64,000 bases of DNA from Octopus vulgaris (GCA_951406725.2 OX597835.1:30132001-30196000); one strand, 5' to 3'; positions 38,148 through 52,891 are shown, numbered from the stretch's first letter. Notes: a model not told the origin generated them from the sequence alone. A program made the numbers and translations.

Positions 38148-38590
38148 GTACAAGGCCCGAAAGTTTTTGGGAGGTGGCTAGTAGATTAGAATGACCCCAG
38201 TATGCAACTGGTACTTAATTTATCTTAAGGCGGCGAGCTGGCAGAAAAGTTAGCACGTCGGGCGAAATGCTTAGCGGTATTTCGGCTGCCGTTACATTCT
38301 GAGTTCAAATTTTGCCGAGGTCGACTTTGCCTTTCATCCTTTCGGGGTCGATAAATTAAGTACCAGTTACGCACTGGGGTCGATGTAATCGACTTAATAT
38401 CTATGTCTGTCCTTGTTTGTACCCTCTATGTTTAGCCCCCTGTGGGTAATAAAGAAATAGGTACTTAATTTATCGATCCCAAAAGGATAAAAGGCAAAGG
38501 CGAGGTCGGCGGAATTTGTACTCAGAATGTAAAGACAGACGAAATACCGCTAAGCATTTCGCCCGACATGCTAACGATTCTGCCAGCTCG
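38148..38590 (-). mobile_element. SINE family B host copy split by a nested opposite-strand copy
   Basis: 38148-38224 and 38460-38590 join into one minus-strand copy. Confidence 0.88.
38225..38459 (+). mobile_element. SINE family B, full length, with a 15-bp TSD
   Basis: GGTACTTAATTTATC at 38210-38224 and 38460-38474. Confidence 0.93.
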
Positions 38591-38733
38591 TGTCTTTGTA
38601 TAAATATTTCATCAAACATACCACCGGGCGCGCGCACACACATGTATGCATATATATATATGTGAATATATATGTGCAGATATATATGTGAGTGTGTGAG
38701 TTTGTGTACATGTGTATGCATGTATATGCATAT

Positions 38734-39124
38734 GTAGGAGTGGCTGTGGTAAGTAACTTGCTTACCAGCCACATGGTCCCGGGTTCAGTCCCTTGGGCAA
38801 GTGTCTTCTACTATAGCCTCGGGCCGACCAAAGACTTCTGAGTAAATGTGGTAGGCGGAAACTGAAAGAAGCCCGTCGTATATACGTACATATATATATA
38901 TGCATGTGTCTGTAAATGTTTATGTGTTCGTGTTTGTCTCCCCAGCATCGCTTGACAACTGATGCTGGTGTGTTTACGTCCACGTAACTTAGCGGTTCGG
39001 CAAAAAAGACCGATAGAATAAGTACTAGGCTTACAAAGAATAAGGTCCTGGCGTCGATTTGCTCGACTAAATGCGGTGCTCCAGCATGGCCACATTCAAA
39101 TGACTGAAACAAGTAAAAGAGAGT
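38734..39124 (+). mobile_element. SINE family A
   Basis: Colinear with 10809-11238. Confidence 0.9.
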
Positions 39125-39677
39125 ATGTATGTCTACATGTGTTTATCCGTATTTCATTCGGTCTCTATAGAATATCAACATGCATTTCCGATACCCCCCA
39201 CACACACGTGTGTATACACGTATATATATATACATGTATGTGTTTATAAATATGTCTCAATTCTGGAATACATCTCTTTGTCGCATTCTTTTATTTTCCT
39301 TTTCTGTCGTACTTTTTATGTTTGTTACTTTCTTTTTTGTTACAACTCTTTGTTGTTGTTCTTATTGTTGTTTGCACTTTATTCTTCTTCTTGTCGCTCT
39401 TGTTACAAATATAACCGTGTTGTTTATCCGTGTTTCCTTTTCTATCATGTCACCTTTCAATTATCTTCATCATCAGCGACGTCATCTTCGTCGTCGTCGG
39501 CATTCACCTCCTCCTCCTCCACCTCCTTCTTCTTCTTCTTCTTCTTCTTCTTCTTCTTCTTCTTCTTCTTCTTCTTCTTCTTCTTCTTCTTCTTCTTCTT
39601 CTTCTTCTTCTTCTTCTTCTTCTTCTTGTACTCTTCTATTTCTTGCCATCTTCTTCTTCTACTACTGCTGCTTCTGA

Positions 39678-39751
<74 letters not shown>

Positions 39752-39891
39752 CTTCTTATTTTTTCTTCTTTTGTTCTTCTTCTTCCTCTTCTTTTGTTGT
39801 TGTCCTGCTTCTACTTCCCTTTCTTTTTTGTTGTTCTTGTTCTTTTAGCCATTATTGATGTTATTCATTTTTATTATATCTGTTGCTGTTG

Positions 39892-39943
<52 letters not shown>

Positions 39944-40277
39944 ATATATTATTCATATTATCATTGTTGTCATGTTTTCGGGAGTGGGGGGTTGTTTTAT
40001 GTTATAGTTGTTTCCTTTATATTACTGTAGTTTCAGAAGTTGTATATTTTTTACTTTTACATATCAATTGCTTGTCTCTATTTTGCTCCTTTTCATAATT
40101 ATTTTCACGTCCGGAGGAGCTGGGAAAAATGTGTGATCGGGAGAAGACGAATGGAGAGAAGGAGAGAGAGAAAGAGGGAGAGAGAGAGAGAGAGAAAGAG
40201 AAGCCAGAAAGAATTGGTAAAAATAGAAAACGACTCGGAAGTGTGAGAGATTGATTGACGTGGAGCTAGTGTATATG

Positions 40278-40329
<52 letters not shown>

Positions 40330-40387
40330 ACAATCGATAGATTAATAGGCAGATTAGATAAATGGAGAAATACATTATTAGAAAGTT

Positions 40388-40507
<120 letters not shown>

Positions 40508-41259
40508 TGATAGATAGAGAGTTAGAGAGAGGGATTGACAGATAGATTGGTACCCATTTTTTATTCGATTTAACCAATATCATTATTTTTTATGAATATA
40601 TACATATATATCATACGTGTGTGTGTTTGTACATAATGCATATATACACATATATATATATGTGAATGTATATATGTATATAAATATCTCTCTCTCTCTC
40701 TCTGTATATATATATATATATATAAATATATGTTCAGACAGGTCGATCGATCGATAAAATGATGGATAGATAAATAAAGAGGTAGATAGATAGATGGATG
40801 GATAGATTGATAGACAGAGAAATAGGTAATAGGATAGACAAACAGATTGACAGAGAGAGAGAGAGAGAGAGATAGAGAGATAGAGAGATAGAGAGATACC
40901 CATTACCTGTCATCCAATTTAACGACAAGCATTTCTTTACTTTCACTACCCTACACACAGACACACACATATATACATTTAAATATATATATAATGCACA
41001 TGTAATGTGTGTATATAAATATACACATATATATAAAATGTGTATATATATATATATACACACATATATGCACATACATACATATATGACATACTCACAC
41101 AAAGAAGCTGCCTCCTTTATAAACATCCACTCACATCTAAACAAAACACACATCATTGCACACAAGTATCCTTTCATACTTTTCTTCCCTATTTCTCACA
41201 AGTAGTCCGTTCTATTTATAACATATATGACTGTACATATAAACATATGTGTATATTCA

Positions 41260-41432
<173 letters not shown>

Positions 41433-41452
41433 CATATATGTATATGTGAGTG

Positions 41453-41502
<50 letters not shown>

Positions 41503-42353
41503 CATATATGTACGTACCTACATCTATATGTATATATATATATATATATACGTATGGGCACTGGGAGTTATGTGTTGTTTATGTATATATATTATTGGGA
41601 ATAGATTTTACCTATTCAGCATTATATTGTCACATCACCATCACCACCGTCAGCACTAGCAACACGACGACCACCACCACCACCAACACAACCATCACAC
41701 TGCCTTAATCATCAAAAGTCCTACTACTACGACTACTACTACTACGCTGTGACGAACATAAATACTGTCATCAATGCCACCATCGCCGCAGATGTCCTCC
41801 GTCCCAACGCCGCCGTCATCATCGCTGTCGCCCTCGTTGTCATCATCATCAGCAACATCATCAGCATCATTGGCATCACCATCATCATCGCCATCATCAT
41901 CATCATCATTACAGTTGTCGTCGTTTGAGAATTCATCCCTGTCATCATCATCATTATCGTCATTATCGTCACTACCCCCGTCATCAAGGTTGTCATGGGC
42001 ATCTCCAAATTCATTGGCGATGTCGTCATTGGCTTAATATTCATCACCAGTGTCGTCATCATCATCGGCGTCGTCGTTGCCGTCATCATCATCATCATCA
42101 TCATCATCATTACTATCATCATCAAAATCAGCATCGTCAACACCGCCATGGCCGTCGTCGTAGTCGTCGTTGTCTTCGTCGTTGTCGTCGTCATCATCGT
42201 CGTCGTTTTCCTACATTCTTCTCCTCCTCTTCTTCTTCCTCCACCTTCTCTCTTCTCCACCATCGCCATCATCATCATCATCTTCATCATCATCATCATC
42301 ATCCTCTTCATCATCAGCATCATCTTCATCATCATCATCATCATCATCCTCAT

Positions 42354-42410
<57 letters not shown>

Positions 42411-42467
42411 AATCATCATCATCAGCATCATCTTCATCATCATCATCATCATCATCCTCATCATCAT

Positions 42468-42506
<39 letters not shown>

Positions 42507-42848
42507 GTGTATCATGCGTTAGTTGATTAGTCTTTACATTCGTTTAGTTTTGCCGTTAAAGAAATGGCGCTGGTTGTAGATCTCTTGTTAATAATGAAAA
42601 TGTTGCTGCTGCTGCTGCTTCTGCTGCTGCTGATGATGATGATTGTGAGGAAAACAGAGTCGATGGTAATGATAATGGTTCGTTCATTGATTTCAGTTAT
42701 AAGATATTGTTAATAAATTGGATAAATTGAGTAAAAGAATGTGTTAATTAAGTGAGAAGGGAAACGCTGGAACAATCAACGACTACAACACTCAGACATT
42801 TACACACACACGCATTCGCACGCATATATATATGTATATATATATGTA

Positions 42849-42942
<94 letters not shown>

Positions 42943-42973
42943 AAGACAAACTGATATATATATATATATATAT

Positions 42974-43030
<57 letters not shown>

Positions 43031-43043
43031 CTAGATACACACA

Positions 43044-43192
43044 GGCACTGGAGTGACTGTATTGTAAGTAGTTTGCTTACCAACCACATGGTTCCGGGTT
43101 CATTCCCACTGCGTGGCACCTTGTGCAAGTGTCTTTTTTTATAGCCTCGGGCCGACCAAATCCTCATGAGAAGATTTGGCTGACGGAAACTG
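43044..43192 (+). mobile_element. SINE family A, 5' half ending at the internal (TA)n
   Basis: 'ccacatggttccgggttca.tcccactgcgtggcaccttg.gcaagtgtctt..gacggaaactga'. Confidence 0.85.
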
Positions 43193-43226
43193 ATATATAT
43201 ATATGCATATGTGTGTGTATATATGA

Positions 43227-43280
<54 letters not shown>

Positions 43281-43295
43281 GTGTGTGTATATATG

Positions 43296-43330
<35 letters not shown>

Positions 43331-43356
43331 GTTCATACATATATATACATACACAC

Positions 43357-43407
<51 letters not shown>

Positions 43408-43921
43408 TATATATATATGTACATATATACTTACAAACATATACACATAAATATACGTGAAATCGATTTGTACAAAGAGGGAGAAGGTGACGAAGTGCGC
43501 AGGAGCAGGAATGCATGCATGTAGTGGTGCATTATGGGTAGATAGCTCTAAGAATATTAATCATGTCTGTCTTGTCTATAGCGATCAAGACTTTAGTGGT
43601 ATTGACATTAGTGTTATCGGTGGGATAATGTGATCGGGTTAGGTGAAGAGAGAAGGAAGAGAGAGAAGTGAGGACATATATATATATATATATATTTGTG
43701 TGTGAGCATTTGTGTGTGTATGCACACAAACCCCCCCTGTCACACACACATATACATCCATATATATGTATATATATATCTATATATACATAATATATAC
43801 ATGAACATTCTCATACGCTTATGCAGAATGTCATAAAAAGTATATCCACAGATACGTTTACATATGTATGTATGTGTATATGTATGTATGTACGTATGTA
43901 TGTATGTTTGTATGTATGTAA

Positions 43922-44135
43922 TCATCATCATCTTGAGAGTCGTTTAACGTCCGCTTTACATGCTGGCATGGGTTGGTGGGTTTGATTGCGAACTGGTAGC
44001 CGGGATGGCTACACCATGCGTCACTCTGATTTGGCAAGCTTTCTATAGCTGGATGCCTTTCCTCATGCCAACTACGCCGAGGTAGCGGCACGGTTTCCAG
44101 TCAGGTGGCATTGACATTGGCCACGCTCGAATGGT
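43922..44135 (-). mobile_element. SINE/LINE 3' tail fragment ending in (GAT)n
   Basis: Minus strand 'ggaaaggcatccagctatagaa..cccatgccagcatg.aaagcggacgttaaacga..gatgatgat'; a degenerate relative lies at ~55930-56090(+). Confidence 0.6.
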
Positions 44136-44365
44136 GCCTATATATTCATATACGTATGTATGTTTATACATTTATTCATATGCATATACATACGGTTATT
44201 TTTTTATATTTATATATATATTATTTGCGTATTTACTGGCGTACACGCACTTATGATGATACGTTTATCTGTATAATTACGTGCATACACACCTGAGAAC
44301 GAGCTAGCGAGAAAGTGAAAGTAATTTGGGAACTCGTCAATAGTATATATAATAATAATAATAAC

Positions 44366-44402
<37 letters not shown>

Positions 44403-44454
44403 TATTATTACTACTATTATTATTTATATTATTATTATTATTATTATTATTATT

Positions 44455-45010
44455 GAGTGAGAGAGCAGTGCATGCCATCAAAGTGACACTGGGGTAAAAT
44501 ATACGAACCCCAATATACCCATCATGACTACCCGTCTGATAAAGGTACACCAGGCACATGCATCACAACCATATGTGCGCGACATGGTGATCTCATATCA
44601 AGATAAACAGCACATGACCTTGCAGGTGGGGCCCAGTTAGAATTTTCTTCAGGTTGAGTAGCCCATCCCGCTCAAAAGGTCCCTGAATAAGGGTTGTTTA
44701 AGGATGTTGAAAGAACCACCCATGTTTCCAGAGGTGAACTATTCAAACCTCAAAGAATTCCTTTCAACAAACGGCTATGATGCTCCCCCATTACTTCTGC
44801 TCGTGATCAGAGATGCACATATCGTCAGCCACTAAGGAATATGCTCAACTGGTTATGGTCAAACAACTGACAAACAAATCTGTGGTATTGAGCAAAATAT
44901 TTGCTGTAGCCCATCTTTTATACCAAGACAAAGCAATGTACATGATAACACTTCTAATCAGTTGAGATCAGAAGCCATGAGAGCCACAGTTTGGTACTGC
45001 ATCAGAGCAT
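44455..45010. mobile_element. 556-bp non-coding insert embedded in (ATT)n; probable non-autonomous element
   Basis: High-complexity, GC-richer block with sharp (ATT)n borders on both sides; no long ORF, TIR or tRNA head seen. Confidence 0.6.
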
Positions 45011-45037
45011 TAATTATTATTATTATTATTATTATTA

Positions 45038-45098
<61 letters not shown>

Positions 45099-45129
45099 CA
45101 TCATCATTATCATCATCATCATCATCATC

Positions 45130-45216
<87 letters not shown>

Positions 45217-46124
45217 TCTCATGCTATTTTGTTTTGATTTGTGTGGGGTTTTTTTTCTGTCAGTAACAACAGCAGACCTGGAGAGAATCTTTGGTGTCAA
45301 CTCAGCTAATGAAACATTAAGTGTTTTTCTGGGAAACTCAAAACCCTTCTTCTTCTTCTTCTTCTTCTTCTTCTTCTTCTTCTTCTTCTTCTTCTTCTTC
45401 TTCTTCTTCTTCTTCTGACACATAACAATATCTCGGAGCACTTCCGGTGCCATTTCGAGCGTACGAAATTATATACATACGTACTAACATCCCCATATGC
45501 AAACATATATACACACACATATATATAAGACGTATGTCTTATGTTTGTATTAACGCTAGACAATTTTTCCGTTGGTGTTTATTATGTTTGAGTTCGCGTT
45601 TGCTTATGTCTCTCTCTTGTCCTGTGTATGTTTATATATCGCCGTACTTCACACATGTACACAGTTTTCGTACATGATGGCGTCTGTACGCTTCATAATT
45701 GATTCGTAGGTACGTACGAACGTAGCCCTTGCGTACCCACGCTGAATGGCATAGATACAGTACAATGTCTGTTTTAATGCCAAAGGCGAACATGAATCTG
45801 ATTTAAAGTAATTACCATATTGTCCTACTCGTTCACGATAATACTACACCGCACCGAACTGCGACCCACGTACAATATGTATGTACCACATTTGCATCTC
45901 TCTCTCTCACTCATTATCTTTCTCTCTCACTCTCTTCCATAAACACACATGCGCACGTGCTGACACACATACACACACATATATACCCAACTTAGCTAAG
46001 CATATATGACAACTGCAAAACTGAAAAAAAAAAACCCGAAACATTCGAACTTCTCTATTTGTCTGTCTCTGTATGTGCGTGCCATACATATCTTCACGTA
46101 GACTTCTCTTATTCTTTTATACTT

Positions 46125-46325
46125 TAGGCACAAATCCCGAAACTTTTGGGAAGAGGACCAGTCCATTAGAACGACCCCAGTACGCAACTGGTACTTGATT
46201 CATCGACCCCGAAATGATAAAATGCAAAGTCAACCTCGACGGAATTTGAACTCAGAACGCAGCGGCAGACGAAATACCGCTAAGCATTTCGCCCGGCGTG
46301 CTAACGATTCTGCCTGCTCACCACC
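46125..46325 (-). mobile_element. SINE family B
   Basis: 'gaccccagtacgcaactggtactt..ggaatttgaactcagaacg..gcccggcgtgctaacgattctgcc'. Confidence 0.88.
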
Positions 46326-46944
46326 TGTGGCTTTCTCTTATTGTCTTGTCTGCCATAGGCAAAAACAACTTATGGCGAAGTGTTATAGTTTTTTCTATTT
46401 TCTTATTTTGTAATGCCTTGCTTATGTTTTCATAAGAACAATGTTTCCAAACATATATCAGGCACTTGGTACATTATGTGTTGATGAAAATTATCATATT
46501 ATACACGAGCACAGATACTAGCACGCTTGAATATACATACATACATACATACATACATACATACATACATACATGCATACATACATACATACATACACAC
46601 ATACATACATACACACATACATACATGCATACATACGTACGTACTTACAGACATGCATGCACACATACATACATACACACATACATACATACATATAATA
46701 CATACATACAAACATTCATGCATACATACATACATACATACATACATACATACATGCATGCATATATACATACATGCATACATGCAAAGATACGTACGTA
46801 CACACACACACAAGTATTTTGTCTGCGAAGTGCCCAAGTGTTTCAGATGGCCCTTAACGCCAGCGTAACAGCTGGCACGAGAGTATGCGAGGAAGAGTCA
46901 AGACGTGTGCACTCAGCGAACGTTCTAAGTATACATACAAACTT

Positions 46945-46994
<50 letters not shown>

Positions 46995-47029
46995 GAATAT
47001 ATATATAAGTATATATATATATGTATGTA

Positions 47030-47094
<65 letters not shown>

Positions 47095-47188
47095 ACACAC
47101 ACAGCACACACACGCTCACAAACGTACTCACACAGACACACAGGCATATATATAAATACAAATAAATATATCTATATATACACACATA

Positions 47189-47266
<78 letters not shown>

Positions 47267-47802
47267 GGTCCCGGGTTGATTCGGGGTTAACCACAGTAAA
47301 TAAGGTACTCAATACATAGCAGAGTAAAATTATATATATATATATATAGGAAGAGAGACAGACAAACACAGATAGATAGATCTTAATGTTTGTTTTTGTT
47401 ATAATATAAACAAACGTACATTAAATAGAAGGATTACTCAATACATTCCGTAGAGTAGAAATTTATTATTCTTTCACCAGAACACGAGGAGTTTTGACAG
47501 TGGCGTCGAAGATGGCGTCGCTGTCCAAAATTTTGAAATCGCTGTCAATGCTATTGTCATTGTAGATTGATAAATTTATACACACATACATACACACGCT
47601 TATTACACCATGGACAGAAGAGGAGAAGGTGCCTGAGATGGAAAAATTGCTGAAGCGATCACAGGATGTGTGAAGAAAGATTTCCAGACAAAGGTCACTA
47701 CAATAAGAATAATAATGAAAGGTGTAGGGAAGAACGAGTATATAGTGCGTGTGGTGAACAGAAAAACAAATGACCATCCCAGATATAACAATAAATATAT
47801 AT

Positions 47803-47990
47803 AGGGAGAGTTTACGAAAAAGCAAAAGACGAAGACAGGTGGTGTACAAAACATACAGATGTATTAGTGTAACGCTCAGAATACAAAAAAGTATTTTACG
47901 TTTCGAGTCTACGCTCTTCTATAGAAAGGGACAGAGAAAAAACAAGGAGACAAAAAAATGGGTGTAGTGGCTAACGATGTATGATGGCGA
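47803..47990 (-). mobile_element. Short PLE-type 3'-end fragment with a degenerate hammerhead-like motif at 47894-47927
   Basis: Homologous to 224-423; minus strand TTT-CTATAGA-AGAGC-gtag-ACTC-GAAA-CG-TA-AAA. Confidence 0.55.
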
Positions 47991-48064
47991 CTTATAAATA
48001 AATTTATATACGTATGTATGACTTATAAATAAGTATATATATGTATGTTTGAATATATATATAT

Positions 48065-48301
48065 ATTCTTTTATTTGTTTCAGTCACTTGACTGCAGCCA
48101 TGCTGGAGCACCGCCTTTAGTCGAGCAGATGGACCCCAGCAGTTATTCTTTGTAAGCCTAGTACTTATTCTATCGGTCTCTTTTACCGAACTGCTAAGTA
48201 ATGCGGGCATAAACACAACAACATCGGTTGTCAAGCAATGCTGGGAGAACAAGTACAAACACACAAATATACACATTTAAAATACATACATATATACAAG
48301 T

Positions 48302-48346
<45 letters not shown>

Positions 48347-48426
48347 CACGACGGGCTTCTTTCAGTTTTCTTCTTCCTAATTGACACAAAAGGTTTTGGT
48401 AGGCCCGAGACTATAGCAGAAGACAC
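48065..48426 (-). mobile_element. SINE family A, 5'-truncated
   Basis: Reverse complement of the family A body, including the internal (CA)(TA) tract. Confidence 0.88.
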
Positions 48427-48486
48427 CTATAGACGTAAGTATTACATATAAGTTTATATACAAAATATATACTGATTTTAGGTCTT

Positions 48487-48670
48487 GGCACAAGGCCAGC
48501 AATTTCGAACAAGGCGTTAAATCGATTACATCGGCCCCAGTGCTCGGCTGGTACATATTTTATCGAACCCGACAGGATGAGAAGCAAAGCTGATCTCGGC
48601 AGAATTTGAACTTAGAACACAAAAACGGACGAAATGCCGTGAAGTATTTTGTTCGGAGTGCTAACATTTC
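48487..48670 (-). mobile_element. SINE family B, diverged
   Basis: 'ggcacaaggccagcaatttc..ctcggcagaatttgaacttagaac'. Confidence 0.75.
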
Positions 48671-48688
48671 TATCAACTGACCACCCTT

Positions 48689-48737
<49 letters not shown>

Positions 48738-48826
48738 GCACGTATATATATATGCATGTATGTATTTATACGTGAATGTATATATACGATGTATATTCCC
48801 AAATATACTATATATATGCATACACA

Positions 48827-48877
<51 letters not shown>

Positions 48878-49267
48878 ATACATTCATTTCTCTCATACTC
48901 TCTCTCACTCTCCAAATGCGTTTATTTTCCGCCATATATATGGACACATACATAGAAATCCACTCACACACACACGCACACACATTTGTGTCTTGAAATA
49001 TGTTTGTTTGTGTGGATGTGTGTATATATGAAGATGATATATCAATATTGATACACTCTGTCGTTATTTCAGCCTCCACCACCACCACCACCACCATCAC
49101 CAACCGCCTCCGCATGAAACCAAATAAATATTTGGTTTCTTCATTATCTCTGTCAGACAATCCGATTCAATTATCGTATTGTCCTCCCTGTACTAGCATC
49201 TACTAACACATACACCCGCACACATACACAAACATATGCACGCACGCATATGCACGCATACGGACAT

Positions 49268-49301
<34 letters not shown>

Positions 49302-49499
49302 CACAAAACCACGCATAATCATAACAGCGTAATCTTCTTGTGCATATTAACATGTCATTTCTATCATATTGACTTTTTATTGGCAAAAAAGTGTTTATAT
49401 GTGTGTATATAGACACACACATACACACATGCACACACACACACATATATATATATACATATTTACACACGCATATATATGCATGTGATGAATTCGCGT

Positions 49500-49539
<40 letters not shown>

Positions 49540-49617
49540 CATACATATATGTATTTTTTATGCATACATGCATATAAGCATATATTTACATACATGTCAT
49601 TTATCTACATCTATCTA

Positions 49618-49664
<47 letters not shown>

Positions 49665-49722
49665 GTATATATATATATATATATTCACATATATATACAT
49701 ACATATTCATATATATATATAA

Positions 49723-49820
<98 letters not shown>

Positions 49821-50620
49821 GTATATATGTAAAAAAATGGCTGCCGGTTCAACTGGGTTTTTATCGCTGATATAATCATAATCATCTAGCAGATATTCTT
49901 ACTAATCTGGCACACAGCCGCCATCTTCATATGTACTTCCATTATTTTTTTATTTTTACGTCTGTATGTGTATTCATCTAACCATATCTCTCTATTCCTT
50001 GAGCTAGCCATCCAGTCAGTGTTCTAGCTTAGTAGCCTTTCCATAATCTTGGCATCCTCGCATCTAGTCTGCTCGTCAGTTAACCAGAAAACCAGACAGC
50101 TATTCATATATCCTATTATATATTTATCGTATCACAAACCACCGCACACCAATAATGAACGCAAAACGGAGCTAATCTCAATTTGCACAAACAATAAGTC
50201 ACGTTTGCTATCTCTTTACGGAGAAACAGTAAGTAAAGATATAACGCCAGTGACGTCACATAACACCAAACCCACCGCCATTATTTTATTTTTAACTGCT
50301 ATAAGTATTAACAGAGGGAAGTTCTAGACGGCTGTGTTCAAATTCCTGGATCTTATCATGAAGTTATGTAGTAGAATTATCGAAAGAAACTATATGTAAA
50401 CAAAGTAGCTAGTTTGAAAATTTTTATAAGGGATGAAAGTAACAATTATACTGAGAAGCAAAGTCTATCACCGCATCAATAGTGCTGCTCCATAGGAATC
50501 AACGTTACTAACGTTTTCAACCACCGGAGGAGCTTCCTTCAGCCGGTATATATTGATATATATTACAAGCCTGTATATATTGATATATATTGCAAGTATA
50601 TATTGCTGGTATATATTGAC

Positions 50621-50876
50621 ATATATTGCAAGCAGGGGAGCGAACCCTCACCAAACCGTACAGTTTCGGGCTATTTTGTGCCCGTCGTCAGTGGTAAGTA
50701 CCCATCCGCTAGAGAACGCAGTAATTCGCTCCAGATCGCAATATATACAAAACTAAGCGGTAATCACTCACTGACCCCGCAACAAACAGGGCAAAAATGT
50801 CCCGAAGCCGTGCGGTCTGGTTATCCCTTCGTCTGCTAGAAAATGGTGGGGGTTCGGTGCCCTGCTTGCAATATAT
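50621..50876. mobile_element. MITE with ~33-bp imperfect terminal inverted repeats
   Basis: ATATATTGCAAGCAGGGGAGCGAACCCTCACCA (50621-50653) versus TGGTGGGGGTTCGGTGCCCTGCTTGCAATATAT (50844-50876). Confidence 0.8.
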
Positions 50877-51009
50877 ATAGGGTGCAGATTGCATCGGTGA
50901 TGAGCAGCGGCTAGCAACGGTAGTAACGTCGTTTCCTACGGAACAGCCATGTTGATGCGACGATAGACATTGCTTTACTATAAGTGTATATATATATATA
51001 TAAATATGT

Positions 51010-51122
<113 letters not shown>

Positions 51123-51484
51123 AGTAAAATTTGTAGCCACATGTGGCTGTCCGTTCCAGCAGATTCTACTGCAAATTTTCGAACCCCAAGAGGACATCTC
51201 CTCTACCTGGTTAACGATGCGCAGCTGCATCCAATGAAATTGCGACCAGGGTAGCGAACCCTACCATCTCCAAGCGACGTTAACCAGCTAGAAGAGCTGT
51301 CCTCTTGGTGTTGAAAAATCGCAATAGCGTCCGCTCGAACGGACAGCCATCTTAAAATGGCTACAAATATTACATATCATTACAACTAAAGCGTTGATCT
51401 CTTAGAGAGATTTCAGAACTAGTATTTTTGCTTGTTGCACAATCAGCGACGATGTGCTCGCTTGAAATATATATATTTTTTTTT

Positions 51485-51655
51485 GGATGGCCCGATAACT
51501 GGAGAGATGCCTGCATGGGTTTCCGCCCCGACATCCGAAACCCGGAGTTTTATCATGGCTACCGAATAATTGTGACATATTACATTTACAGATAAATTCC
51601 TCTATTTACTTAATATCGAGGTCTCTTTTATTCTTTTGTTGTCTTGCCATTTCTA

Positions 51656-51660
<5 letters not shown>
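51485..51660 (+). mobile_element. Solo Naiad-type 3' end with a hammerhead-like motif (51494-51554), ending in (TA)n
   Basis: Colinear with 18960-19130 ('gataaatt.cctctatttac.taatat.gaggtctcttt'); GATAA-CTGGAGA-GATG..CATC-C-GAAA-CCCGGAG-TT-TTATC. Confidence 0.85.
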
Positions 51661-51707
<47 letters not shown>

Positions 51708-51711
<4 letters not shown>

Positions 51712-51992
51712 CGTGGTCACCGTGACCGACCAGGCTATCAGATGTCGCTACACATTTTAGCCTTCAAATGACGCCACCCTGCTGGCTAGGCGAGCAGGCC
51801 AACAGAAGAGAGAGTGAGAGACATTTGTTGCGAAAGAGTATACCAGGGATCGCTACCACCACCCTGCTGGAGCGTCGTGGAGCTTTTAGGAGTTTACGCT
51901 CAATAAACACTCACAACGCCCGGTCTGGGAATCGAAACCGCGATGCTACGACCGCGAGTCAGCTGCCTTAACCACTGGACCATTGCGCCTCC
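51708..51992 (-). mobile_element. SINE family D, tRNA-derived head, 3' end abutting (TA)n
   Basis: Minus strand GGAGGCGCAATGGTCCAGTGGTTAAGGCAGCTGACTCGCGGTCGTAGCATCGCGGTTTCGATTCCC with A and B boxes; second copy of its 3' end at 54446-54573. Confidence 0.85.
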
Positions 51993-52042
51993 ACACACAC
52001 ACGCACACACACACACACACGCACGCACGCACGCACACACAG

Positions 52043-52079
<37 letters not shown>

Positions 52080-52736
52080 CATATTGCGTGCTGAAACGAG
52101 CTGCTATCATCTGTAGCAGATCAGCTGTCCAGTACTGAGGAGAATCAGAAATATCCCGAATCCAGGACTAGACCATAGGTCCTGTAGCTAGGACCTGGGG
52201 GGGGGGGGGGGCATTTGTTCCACTTAAAGGCGGTACCCCAGTATGGCTATAGTCAAAATGCCTGAAACAAGTAAAAGAACATAAAAGAATAAAAAAAGAT
52301 AAATACAAAGCTATGAGTTGTGTGAATCGTGGGAGTTGGTCTGCTTCTTGATGCTGAGAGTTCAAATCTGACTGAAGTCATCTTCATCCTACGGTGGCAA
52401 TAAATTAAAATGTCCGTCAAGCATAAAAGAATTGAGTTAATCAATTAACCCTTAAACCCTTAAACCCTTAAACCAAAACCTCCAGGCTTGTACCTATGCC
52501 GGAAACAATTATCTTTTTGTAGTCGTAATAGTTATTATCATTCTTATAGAATTTGTATTACTGGTTGTAGTAGTAGCAGCATCAGCAGCAGTAGTAGTAG
52601 TAGTAGATGTAGTAGTAGCAGTTGTAGTTGTAAATGTAGTAGCAGTCATAGTAGCAATGTGAATTATTATCATATTTGTATTGTCCCCCTCATCCTTCAA
52701 CCTTGCGGCAAATAAATGAATTATTATTATTATTAT

Positions 52737-52778
<42 letters not shown>

Positions 52779-52837
52779 GAGGAGGAGGAGGAGGAGGAGG
52801 AGGAGGAAAATATCAATATTAGCAGTAGCAGCAGCAT

Positions 52838-52891
<54 letters not shown>

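Noticed and set aside
47608-47675. PWTEEEK Myb/SANT-like peptide
   Set aside because: Frame closes after about 20 codons; no supporting splice sites.
51920-51992. tRNA gene
   Set aside because: A and B boxes present but no closing acceptor stem; continues into a SINE body with a second partial copy.
52446-52474. Telomere-like repeat (CCCTTAAA)x3
   Set aside because: Not TTAGGG; short, and inside a decayed SINE tail.
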